Assembly (NCBI GenBank): GCA_965228855.1
Contig: CBDDIJ010000002.1
Span: forward strand, 1,792,001-1,856,000
Origin: Candidatus Obscuribacterales bacterium
Lineage (GTDB): Bacteria > Cyanobacteriota > Vampirovibrionia > Obscuribacterales > Obscuribacteraceae
Direction: 5' to 3'
DNA length: 64,000 bases
The notes under the pieces are model-generated. The model saw nothing but the letters and a program-made list of their open reading frames with translations, did no database searches and had not been told where the DNA came from. This document shows positions 39,244-48,018 of the stretch, in pieces. The translations under genes were made by a program, and so were the position numbers. Each line of letters starts with the position of its first letter. Within the stretch, counting starts at the first letter, position 1.

Positions 39244-40059
39244 TCACTAAAAACCTTGGGGTCGCAGTCAGCAAAGCTTATCGCGGCACTCTATGACTTA
39301 GGTCGCGAAATATTCGGCTTTGAAGACGTCTGTGAACTTACCGGACTTCCCGATGACTCTGCGCGAAGCCTCGTCCGTAAGCTCGTCCGGCGAGGTGTTG
39401 TGACCAGGCTCAAACCGGGACTCTTTCAGCTAGTCCCGTTCCAGCTCGGATCTGAAGCGCAGTTCGTTGGCAACCCATATATCGTTGCCCGAGCACTGAT
39501 TCAGCCTCATCCGTACTATATTTCGCATGCGTCTGCCATGGACATCCATGGCATGCTTACGCAGCCGCAGTTTGTAGTGTACGTCACGTCGCTCGTTCGA
39601 CGCCGTCCAATGAGTGTTCACGGATATGACTATCGTTTCGTTAGAACAAAGCCAGAACACTTCTTCGGAATTACACAGCAGTGGGTGGACAAACACGAGC
39701 AAGTGCTGGTAAGCGATTTGGAAAAAACCATTGTTGATGCGCTAAAACAGCCTGAGCACTGTGGCGGCTTTACGGAAATCGCAAAAGCATTTTGGATTCG
39801 CAGGTCGGATATGGATATTGAGAAACTGGCAGACTACGCATTACGGCTCGATGTTAGCATCGTTGCGCGCAGACTCGGTTTCATGTTCGAAGTATTCAAC
39901 GTGAAGGATTCGGCTGCAATAGAGCGTCTCCAGGCAAAGGCAACGCGACCATATTTACTGCTTGATCCCATACTGCCGAGCGAAGGCAGCTACCAATCGC
40001 GTTGGAAGCTGCGGGTAAACGTTGAACCTGATGAAATACGTGCACTTGTAAGGACATAA
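39226..40059 (+). CDS. abiEi: Type IV TA antitoxin AbiEi
   Basis: N-terminal wHTH (RLKPGLF), YISHASA..HG, VSDLEKTIVD. Confidence 0.85.
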   Translation: MRPNDNSLKTLGSQSAKLIAALYDLGREIFGFEDVCELTGLPDDSARSLVRKLVRRGVVTRLKPGLFQLVPFQLGSEAQFVGNPYIVARALIQPHPYYISHASAMDIHGMLTQPQFVVYVTSLVRRRPMSVHGYDYRFVRTKPEHFFGITQQWVDKHEQVLVSDLEKTIVDALKQPEHCGGFTEIAKAFWIRRSDMDIEKLADYALRLDVSIVARRLGFMFEVFNVKDSAAIERLQAKATRPYLLLDPILPSEGSYQSRWKLRVNVEPDEIRALVRT

Positions 40060-40902
40060 ATGATCCCTCAACGCAACATTTCCGTTTTAGCGAATCGCTT
40101 GGCCGCAGGCGGTGCACGCCGAATTCCAGAAGCCGTGCTGGAAAGAGATTATTGCATCGCTTGGTTTTTAGTCGGAGCATCGCGAACGAATCTACCAAAG
40201 ATGCTTGCGTTCAAAGGCGGAACAGCTCTGAAACGTTGTTACTTTGCGGATTACCGTTTTTCAGAGGATCTTGATTTTACACTTTTGCCCAATGCAAAAC
40301 TTGAAGATGCATTAAAGGAATTCGAGGCAGCATATGCCGAAACCCACAAAGCATCAGGCATCACGATTCGTCATTCACGGGATGAAGCAGAGCAGGGGGT
40401 CAACAGCCACACTTTCTACATAGCCTACGAAGGGCCACTTCCGGCAACGCGGAATGCCAAAGAGATCAAGGTGGACATCACACTGACGGAAAAGCTTGTA
40501 TTCGACCTTGAGAGCAGACCCGTGTTGCGTTCCTATGAGGAGTTCTCTGATCTGCCGGAGGACGCCGTCATCACCGTGTACAGTCTCAACGAAATTGCAG
40601 CGGAAAAGACCGTGGCACTGCTCGATAGAGCACGAACAGAACCTCGTGATTTGTATGACTTGTGCTTTCTGACAGAAGGCGGATACGTTAAGCTCGAAGA
40701 AATCGATCACGCGATACATGAGAAGCTCGCGTTCAGAGGCAAGAAGCTGGCGGAGGTCGCGCCGAATTTCAAGAACAAGGAAGCCCGTCTCAAAGCCCTG
40801 TGGACTGGCAGACTTGCTCACCAGATGATCACGCTCCCACATTTCGAAGAGACATATCGTTCTGTGCAGCGTTCCCTGCGGCAGGCTGGAATTACCGACT
40901 AA
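40060..40902 (+). CDS. abiEii: Type IV TA toxin AbiEii nucleotidyltransferase
   Basis: ERDY, FKGGTAL, RFSEDLDF, EK, RDLYD. Confidence 0.92.
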   Translation: MIPQRNISVLANRLAAGGARRIPEAVLERDYCIAWFLVGASRTNLPKMLAFKGGTALKRCYFADYRFSEDLDFTLLPNAKLEDALKEFEAAYAETHKASGITIRHSRDEAEQGVNSHTFYIAYEGPLPATRNAKEIKVDITLTEKLVFDLESRPVLRSYEEFSDLPEDAVITVYSLNEIAAEKTVALLDRARTEPRDLYDLCFLTEGGYVKLEEIDHAIHEKLAFRGKKLAEVAPNFKNKEARLKALWTGRLAHQMITLPHFEETYRSVQRSLRQAGITD

Positions 40903-40942
40903 CTATCCTTTACCCTAGGCCAAGGACCGGCAAAAATCCCTA

Positions 40943-40973
40943 TTGACAGAAAATCGAAACCGCACGCTACAAT
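40943..40973 (+). promoter_or_regulatory. Promoter with long spacer upstream of the mobilisation operon
   Basis: TTGACA-19 nt-TACAAT. Confidence 0.45.
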
Positions 40974-41166
40974 GGAATTGTGCACTGAAATTGATGGCGC
41001 TGCAGCGACTTAGTCGGACCATCAACATCAAATATCGATTCCGCGCTCAAATCATTTTGTTGGTTTGAGCGTTTTTGCAACAAGTTTTCTCTTCTTACAC
41101 AAGACGCGCGTACACGATTAATCCGCCGTGCGCCGTACTCGTGCAAACACCTAAAGGATCAGACCA

Positions 41167-41427
41167 ATGAAAAACAATGAACACACCCCGTATGGAGTGA
41201 GCGCAGCTAACTCCATTCTCTTAACGCGCAGAGAAGCCGCCGCCTATCTGGGAGTTGCAGAGCAAACACTCGCGGTCTGGAAATGTACCGGACGTAGATC
41301 TCTGCCCTTCGTTAAAATCGGCCGCTTAGTTCGATACAGAAAAGCCGATCTCGACGCTTTCATCCTCGAACATCTTCAAGACTTTGAACAAGTCTCAATG
41401 CCTAAAACAAAGCAATTGGAGAACTAA
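41167..41427 (+). CDS. Excisionase-like HTH_17 protein, close paralog of 32890
   Basis: LLTRREAAAYLGV...TLAVW...FVKIGRL..YRKADLDAFI. Confidence 0.85.
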   Translation: MKNNEHTPYGVSAANSILLTRREAAAYLGVAEQTLAVWKCTGRRSLPFVKIGRLVRYRKADLDAFILEHLQDFEQVSMPKTKQLEN

Positions 41428-41428
41428 C

Positions 41429-41665
41429 ATGGAACAGATTCTTCTACCTGTCTTAGTGCTGATGTTACTCGTCGGCATTGCTGGCGGCAATCCAGGAATG
41501 GTAGTGAAGCCGCTGTTCGATATAGTCTCGCAACTCGTCGGTGCACTACTCCAGCTTTTATGCACGCTAATCGTCACGCTGTTTCGAGCTGCATGCACTC
41601 TTGTGGTTTCGGCAATACAAGCCATCTCCACAATGATCATTGACTCACGCAACATCAATCGATAA
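41429..41665 (+). CDS. Small hydrophobic membrane protein
   Basis: 78 aa, almost entirely hydrophobic; GGAG RBS. Confidence 0.6.
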   Translation: MEQILLPVLVLMLLVGIAGGNPGMVVKPLFDIVSQLVGALLQLLCTLIVTLFRAACTLVVSAIQAISTMIIDSRNINR

Positions 41666-41754
41666 TAAACCACTGAAAGATGCATGCATTGCAAACGCAA
41701 TATGAGAAAACAGTATCAATGATCATCAACCATCATGACACCATCCGCGCGGAG

Positions 41755-41955
41755 CAGGCAGCGACGCGCAACACATGACCGAGCGAAGCGAGCCCGAACC
41801 GTTGGTCTCACCATACGGTAAGGCAAGATAAAGAGAAACTCTAACTGTCCCGACCGCCACTATCCACGGTGCTTTCGGGTACGGGATAAACGAGCTCGCT
41901 CCGTTCAATCCAGGGCAAAACACCGCAAATCGAGACGAGTTGCGCGTCTTGCGTA
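41755..41955 (-). promoter_or_regulatory. Candidate oriT
   Basis: Intergenic region before RHH/relaxase; inverted repeats (GACGCGCAAC/GTTGCGCGTC); minus-strand TATCTTG|C at 41830-41823 fits the MOBP nic consensus YAWCYTG. Confidence 0.5.
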
Positions 41956-41967
41956 CAGGAGGGGCTT

Positions 41968-42372
41968 ATGGCCAAACCAATACTCAAATCAAGAGTCGAA
42001 ACATATCTTTCGGCTGAAGACCATGACCGATTTATTTCTCTCTGCCGAAGAAGGAAAACAACACAAGCGTCAGTTGTGCGTGATGCGATTCGGTGGTACC
42101 TGAGCAATCACGATCAAATCAAGGAAAGCAAAGTTGAATCTGAGTTGTCCAAGAACATCAAGAACATGACTGACAGAATCTGCGGAATGTTGGCGAGACA
42201 AGGAGCACAAACGGGAACCTTGTACGAGCTCGCATGGCAAAACCATGTCGAGAACAAAATACAGGAAAGATTCGTAGCAGCATCAAATCTCGTCAAAGGC
42301 AAAATGCGAAAACGTCTTGAAGACGATGAAAAAGCAATTGCCGAAAGAATGACCAAGGTAGTCGGGCAATGA
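41968..42372 (+). CDS. Ribbon-helix-helix relaxosome accessory protein
   Basis: RVETYLS.ED..RF..LC.....QASVVRDAIRWYL; directly upstream of the relaxase. Confidence 0.75.
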   Translation: MAKPILKSRVETYLSAEDHDRFISLCRRRKTTQASVVRDAIRWYLSNHDQIKESKVESELSKNIKNMTDRICGMLARQGAQTGTLYELAWQNHVENKIQERFVAASNLVKGKMRKRLEDDEKAIAERMTKVVGQ

Positions 42373-43655
42373 TGATCGTTCGCCACAGCTACATATCCGT
42401 AAAGGCGAAACAACGCAGCGGCATCAAATTGAAGGTGGCGCGCTCACTGGCAATCGGCGCCGCTCTCGGACACGTTAAGTACATCCAACACCGCCCCGGA
42501 AAGGACCTGGAGGAAGGCGGTCGGGAAATGTTCACCGACACGGAGGACTCAGTGGACGCGAAAGAAATGCGAGACAAGGTTCGCGATTATGACGGCAAAG
42601 GCGTGGTGGTCCACAAGCTAACACTGTCACCGGAAGTCAGCCCCAACGATCCGAAAGAGTTTACGAGGGAGGTGATGCATCAGCTCGGTTCGGAGAAAGG
42701 ATTGGATCTCGAATGGTTTGCTGTCACGCACAACAATACCGATCATCGCCACGTGCATGTAGTGGTGATGCCGAAAGACAAGGAAGGTAGATTCGTCAGA
42801 TTCGATAAGAAAGACTACGACCTGATGAAAGAGTTCGGTGACAGATATCTGGAGCGGACTCAATACTCAGATTGCCGAGTGGCGGAATTCGAGCGACAAC
42901 AAAAACACAAGGAGCAAAAGAAAGAGAGGCAGCAACAATTTGAAAGGGATAGGCAAGAGCGAATCCGAAACGGCGAAGAGCTTCCCTGGCTACACAAGAA
43001 AATAGTCCGCGAAGAGCTTGAGCCGCACAGCGAATGGAGCAAGACTCAAGCACAAGATGAGAAGGAATCCTTCGAGTATCTCGGCCAACGATATTCAAAG
43101 AACGACGGCTACGAAAGACTAACCGGACTCCGGCGCCATCTTATGGAGAACACAGACAAATCGTTAAGGCTACCCAAGGAGGATTACAAACGGCTGGCAA
43201 GCTGGATCGACAGCAAGGACCGGGCGCGTTTCTCAGGCGAAATTCAACGCCAATTGAACAGTGCAAAAGCATCGGCAACCGCCCGTGAAGAAGCACGAAA
43301 CTCGCCGAATGCAAACCGCTACGTTTCGCCCCTTCAACAAGAAATGATGCGCAATCCCATCATGAGCCTATTTCTGACGGAAGCAGCAATCGCCGCAGAA
43401 CTCGTCCGATGGATACCGCTTACAGATCAACGTGATCGTCTCAAAGAAAACCGAGACGACCTTGAAGATGCTAAACGCGACGTCGAAGCCAAACAGCGAG
43501 GACGCGCTAATCCAGGCGCTAAAGCAGCAGACGAGGCAATCATCGAACAGATTGATGATGCCATAGAAGACAACAAAAACACTCGTAAAGATGCGCATAA
43601 GGAGCGCGAAGTAGAGAAAAGAAAGCGCGACCGCGATCTTGATTTCATGGAGTAA
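42369..43655 (+). CDS. Relaxase (MOBP/VirD2-like HUH)
   Basis: KYIQHR (Tyr), HKLTLSP, HNNTDHRHVHVVV. Confidence 0.88.
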   Translation: MMIVRHSYISVKAKQRSGIKLKVARSLAIGAALGHVKYIQHRPGKDLEEGGREMFTDTEDSVDAKEMRDKVRDYDGKGVVVHKLTLSPEVSPNDPKEFTREVMHQLGSEKGLDLEWFAVTHNNTDHRHVHVVVMPKDKEGRFVRFDKKDYDLMKEFGDRYLERTQYSDCRVAEFERQQKHKEQKKERQQQFERDRQERIRNGEELPWLHKKIVREELEPHSEWSKTQAQDEKESFEYLGQRYSKNDGYERLTGLRRHLMENTDKSLRLPKEDYKRLASWIDSKDRARFSGEIQRQLNSAKASATAREEARNSPNANRYVSPLQQEMMRNPIMSLFLTEAAIAAELVRWIPLTDQRDRLKENRDDLEDAKRDVEAKQRGRANPGAKAADEAIIEQIDDAIEDNKNTRKDAHKEREVEKRKRDRDLDFME

Positions 43656-43661
43656 GTACAA

Positions 43662-45611
43662 ATGCAAACAACCGCAAAGGATGTTGGCGTTGTTAATGCA
43701 GCGCCAAAAGATTTACCTGTCCTGGCAGTGAATGTTCTCGACAGGCTCGGCTACAACGTCTCACGAGCCAGCAAGCAGCTCGATCAAATTCTCGCAGTCG
43801 AAAGACTCGATGAAAAGGTAGGACGAGATTGGTGGAGGCACGAGTACCGAGTTGTGCTCAGATGGTCTGACGCAATGGGCGGCTCACGAGTCGAAATCGA
43901 AATTACAGAACGACAAGGAGGTGGGACTGAAGAAGACTGCCGGCAGAGATGCAAGCAAGTGATTGCAACTCTTCAGGCAGATGCAATTCGCGCAACGAAT
44001 GTCTCGTCAACCAAAACAAAATCGACGGTGCACGGAGGAGCCGCATGGGGAGACGAAACACAGCTGCGCCGCGCCGGATACATAACAACAAGACCGGAGG
44101 CAACACGGTTAATCATCGGGAAGACTCCGAAAGGTGAGTTTATTTCGATACCAGAACTGGTGACAAATGCGCACGCCATAGTCTGCGGTCGAACCGGTGT
44201 CGGAAAATCGCGAGGATTCTTCATTCCGAATCTGATTGAGCGAACCGGCAGCAACATGATCGTGACTGAGGCAACCCCAGGGTATGAACCAGGCGAACTA
44301 TACACACTAACCTCTGGATGGCGAAAGCAAGCAGGTCACACCATCTACTCATTCAATCCTGCCGACATGTCATCAACGCGAATCAATCCCGTCGACCGAG
44401 TGAGATGGGCGCCAGAACTGGAGAAAGCAAAGGAGGCTGAAAAGTTAGCCGATCTAATCATCATGAACGGCAGCGGAGAGGAAACGCGAATCGATCCGAC
44501 ATGGGATAGATCAGAGAAACAATTGCTCGTTTCACTGATACTGCATGCGGCGGCAACCGATCCTCAGAGAGGACATATCGGAGCACTGAGATGGCTGTTG
44601 TTATCGGGGGTGAGTAAGGTCCGCCAGGAACTCGCCAGAAGCCCTTCAGCGCTCGCACAAATGGAGTTTGAAGGCTGGCTAGGGTCAACCTCCGAGAACT
44701 TCCGTTTCGGGGTCTTGTCGGGGCTAATGACGAAGTTGAATCCATGGATAACGGATCAACTTGTCGCACTAACCGAGAAAACGGACGTGGATTTCGATGC
44801 GCTGAAGAAGCAACTCTTCACCTTCTACATCGCCGTGCCAAGCCGCTCCCGAGATAGCAAGCTAATCGGCTCACTCCTCGTGAATTTCCTGCTCGACTAT
44901 CTGCTCGATAGCAAATCGACGATGAAGTATCCAACATCGCTCTTTCTCGATGAATTCACAAACTTCGGAAAGATCGCAAACATTGCGAATGTTCTATCAA
45001 TCGTCAGAAAAGCCAAGCTAAGTCTCGTGCTCGGATTTCAAAACTACTTCCAGCTCGAACGAGTCTACTCACAAAAGGAGGCACAGATCATCTTCGACCA
45101 ACCGGCAACGCAAATCTACTTCCGACAGAAAAACTTCCGCGAAGCCCGAGCACTGAGCGAAGCGTTAGGAAGAACGACAATCGAAGAAGTCACCGTGAGC
45201 GATACCGGACGAGTACAAGAGTTTATCCAAGGAAGATCACTTGCAACGCCGGACGAACTCATAAATCTGAGCGGCGAAGTCATCACTTTCACGAACGACA
45301 CTTGGCCGCTCAAAATCCCGCTCACATCGCCAACAGCCTATCACTATGCCCTTGCATATCCACCGCCGGAACGATCACCGCACGAAATTTCAGAAACGAT
45401 TCGAAAGCGTGGCCGCACCGAGCGACCAGAAACCAGTCAACGCAAGGAAGAGAGCAAGCCCGAAGGAAAGAACCGGAACCGTGAGCGTAACCGCAACGAT
45501 AAGAAGCGGAATGTCAATCAACGTACTGCGCAAGAGCGCGCAAACGAAGACAACGCCAATCAATTTCAACAGCAAGACTCACCGGAGGTAGATGACGTAT
45601 GGCCGTCGTAG
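43662..45611 (+). CDS. Type IV coupling protein (TraG/VirD4 family) without N-terminal TM helices
   Basis: GRTGVGKS.GFFIPN, LFLDEF.N.GKI, Q...QL..VY, L.TPDEL. Confidence 0.9.
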   Translation: MQTTAKDVGVVNAAPKDLPVLAVNVLDRLGYNVSRASKQLDQILAVERLDEKVGRDWWRHEYRVVLRWSDAMGGSRVEIEITERQGGGTEEDCRQRCKQVIATLQADAIRATNVSSTKTKSTVHGGAAWGDETQLRRAGYITTRPEATRLIIGKTPKGEFISIPELVTNAHAIVCGRTGVGKSRGFFIPNLIERTGSNMIVTEATPGYEPGELYTLTSGWRKQAGHTIYSFNPADMSSTRINPVDRVRWAPELEKAKEAEKLADLIIMNGSGEETRIDPTWDRSEKQLLVSLILHAAATDPQRGHIGALRWLLLSGVSKVRQELARSPSALAQMEFEGWLGSTSENFRFGVLSGLMTKLNPWITDQLVALTEKTDVDFDALKKQLFTFYIAVPSRSRDSKLIGSLLVNFLLDYLLDSKSTMKYPTSLFLDEFTNFGKIANIANVLSIVRKAKLSLVLGFQNYFQLERVYSQKEAQIIFDQPATQIYFRQKNFREARALSEALGRTTIEEVTVSDTGRVQEFIQGRSLATPDELINLSGEVITFTNDTWPLKIPLTSPTAYHYALAYPPPERSPHEISETIRKRGRTERPETSQRKEESKPEGKNRNRERNRNDKKRNVNQRTAQERANEDNANQFQQQDSPEVDDVWPS

Positions 45612-46162
45612 CAATCATTGTCGGAACATTCGTGTTCCTTCTCACCGGAGCATGCATCGGCGAAGCATCACATGACGCAGGTGCGGGAATAGTGCCAGGA
45701 CTTGTCCTCGGCGTACTCGTTGCGATTCCAATTTTCAAAGCCGCCTGCGAAGAGCGCGCGAAACTTCTCCATCCTCAACCGCGAGAATACCGGGTTCCAG
45801 CAAAAATCGCATTCGCAAAAATCCGCGATATTCTCGCCGAGATCTCCTACAACTACGGAGATAAATGGCACGTCGTAACGGCTGATACTCAAACAGGAAG
45901 AATCACCGCAAACCTGCGCTTCATCGACGAATTCACGCGATTGGAAGGTGACGCGCGCGGAAATATCCACACGCGAAAGGAGCGCCTACAGCGCTTCCTT
46001 GCAGTCGATATAAAGGTGCAACCGACCGAACGCGGAACAGCCATCATCGTACTGGACTTTAGACCAACGGTGGAAGGGGTTAACTATGCGGCATGCGATA
46101 GCATCATTTCATCCCTAGCGATTGCAATACACAGCGAGATTAACCGCTCTACAACGTCCTGA
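45599..46162 (+). CDS. Two-TM membrane protein with soluble alpha/beta domain
   Basis: Overlaps the T4CP stop; soluble part similar to the C-terminus of the J-domain protein. Confidence 0.7.
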   Translation: MAVVAIIVGTFVFLLTGACIGEASHDAGAGIVPGLVLGVLVAIPIFKAACEERAKLLHPQPREYRVPAKIAFAKIRDILAEISYNYGDKWHVVTADTQTGRITANLRFIDEFTRLEGDARGNIHTRKERLQRFLAVDIKVQPTERGTAIIVLDFRPTVEGVNYAACDSIISSLAIAIHSEINRSTTS

Positions 46163-46227
46163 CAGTGCACCTTTGACGATTCGATATGTTATGCTGACAA
46201 GCTTCCCGCAGTTACTTGGTGTGATCA

Positions 46228-48003
46228 ATGGCAGGTCATCTTTTCTCTTGGTTGCCTCTTTCCAAAATCCCCGGTCAGTTTTCGAAAGGAATGTCGGCGG
46301 ACGAATTAAAGAGAATCGTGGAATGCGCTAAGTATGACCCTGCGCTATTCACTTGCATTCATTTGAATGGCATAGTGTCAAATGCCAATGTAGCAAATCA
46401 TCGAGAGCGACAATTAGAAGCAGTAGGCCACATACTTCTTTCTCCTGAAACGAGAAAAATTGTAGACAAGTTTGTGCGGCAGGATCCTTCCCCATTTGTG
46501 CTGTCTCGTCGCCACTTACTGGAGCTGGTTAAGTGGGTGGCGGTGTACGCAGGAGGCGCACCTCCAGCCGATAAAGAGAGCCCGGACCAGTTTTTGCTCG
46601 CAGCAATTGCCGCTGTCGAACTCGCAGCAGAACGTCATGACGCAAGCTTTGCGGCGAGCAAGGACGATCCGCCTGAGGAAAGGATTCGCAAAGCCTTACC
46701 TGCCATTAGAGAGATATCCCTTTACGCAGATCCAGGCTGGTTCCCGTTGCATTCCTTAGGTAGAGCCAAGATTCTGCTTGAAGATGGAGTGTTCAAGAAT
46801 GAGAAATTCACAAAAGAATTTGTCAAAAAAACTGGTTTTACACTCGAAGAATTCTTGACTTGCATGGCAGGAATTGCGTGCCTCGGGCTTGGCGCCAAGA
46901 GGCCAGAAAGTGGCTCTAGGCAGTATGCCTTCGCCCTAAAGAATTTGGTGGCTCAGGCACCGGACTTGGAGGCTCTGTTCAAGAAATTTTTCTCTTGTTT
47001 TGCCACTAGCCCAGAGCAAATTCGCAAAGCGCTCGCTGGAAAAAGCCCAACCGACTTTTATGACTTCAAATTGCTAAGACAGCGACCTATAGTGGGTTTC
47101 GACGATGGGACGTTTCTGATAGTTGATCCAATATTCTTTGCGCAATGTCTTGCGGTTGGACCGATGTTTAGAGTGCTTGGAATAGGCGAAAATGAGGTGT
47201 TTGGCGCCTTCGGAACTGCCTTCGAGAATTATGTGGCATCGTTGTTCGATAGTTACTGTAAGCGTTTTCTCGGAAACACGGGTGGATATTTATCAAAAAA
47301 CAAACACATCGATTTAGGAAAAGGACAGCAGAGAGAATTGTCGGACATTTGCATCTCCTTCGAAAATGAGGTTGTCCTAATAGAAACCAAAGGGGCGTGG
47401 CTAAAGGATACCGTCTTATCGGATCTCGATCCTGGCGATTTCTTAGCCGAACTCCACGCTAAGTATGGCGTCCACGAGGAAAATGACCGCGACAAAGGCT
47501 TCGCACAGCTAGCGGATTCGATTAGAGCACTCGCCGACGGACGAGTCATTGCTGAGACGGATGGTGGCAGGGACGAAGCTAATCTGGTATTTCCCGATAC
47601 AGTCAAGACAATCTATCCAGTACTTGTGGTTCACGATCCTCTTATCCATGCTACGGGCTTCATCGGGCACATTCTCGCAATTGAATTTGCAAGAAGACTT
47701 GGTCAAAGTGATGCAAGTCAATCCGGTTTCTTTGAGTATTCTGGAGCAAAACGAACGTTTCGGATAGCCAATCTCACTCTTATCACTATTGATGATCTTG
47801 AGGATCTCTTCGCTATTGGAGCGTGCAGTAGGAACTTCCTGGAGCATGTTCAAGGCTTTTCGGAGATCGATCCTTTCCGTTTAGCTGCGACGTTTGATGA
47901 ATATGTAGCATTGCAAGGACGGGCTGATCCTCTGCTATCGCCTTTAGTGGCAAAATCGCAAGAGCTGTTAAAACGAGCTGGCCGCGCGCTGATACCTTCC
48001 TAA
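46228..48003 (+). CDS. Hypothetical protein with C-terminal PD-(D/E)xK-like nuclease motif
   Basis: FE.YV...; ELSDICI....VVLIETKG; KGFAQL. Confidence 0.6.
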   Translation: MAGHLFSWLPLSKIPGQFSKGMSADELKRIVECAKYDPALFTCIHLNGIVSNANVANHRERQLEAVGHILLSPETRKIVDKFVRQDPSPFVLSRRHLLELVKWVAVYAGGAPPADKESPDQFLLAAIAAVELAAERHDASFAASKDDPPEERIRKALPAIREISLYADPGWFPLHSLGRAKILLEDGVFKNEKFTKEFVKKTGFTLEEFLTCMAGIACLGLGAKRPESGSRQYAFALKNLVAQAPDLEALFKKFFSCFATSPEQIRKALAGKSPTDFYDFKLLRQRPIVGFDDGTFLIVDPIFFAQCLAVGPMFRVLGIGENEVFGAFGTAFENYVASLFDSYCKRFLGNTGGYLSKNKHIDLGKGQQRELSDICISFENEVVLIETKGAWLKDTVLSDLDPGDFLAELHAKYGVHEENDRDKGFAQLADSIRALADGRVIAETDGGRDEANLVFPDTVKTIYPVLVVHDPLIHATGFIGHILAIEFARRLGQSDASQSGFFEYSGAKRTFRIANLTLITIDDLEDLFAIGACSRNFLEHVQGFSEIDPFRLAATFDEYVALQGRADPLLSPLVAKSQELLKRAGRALIPS

Positions 48004-48018
48004 TCGTTGAACATTTTG

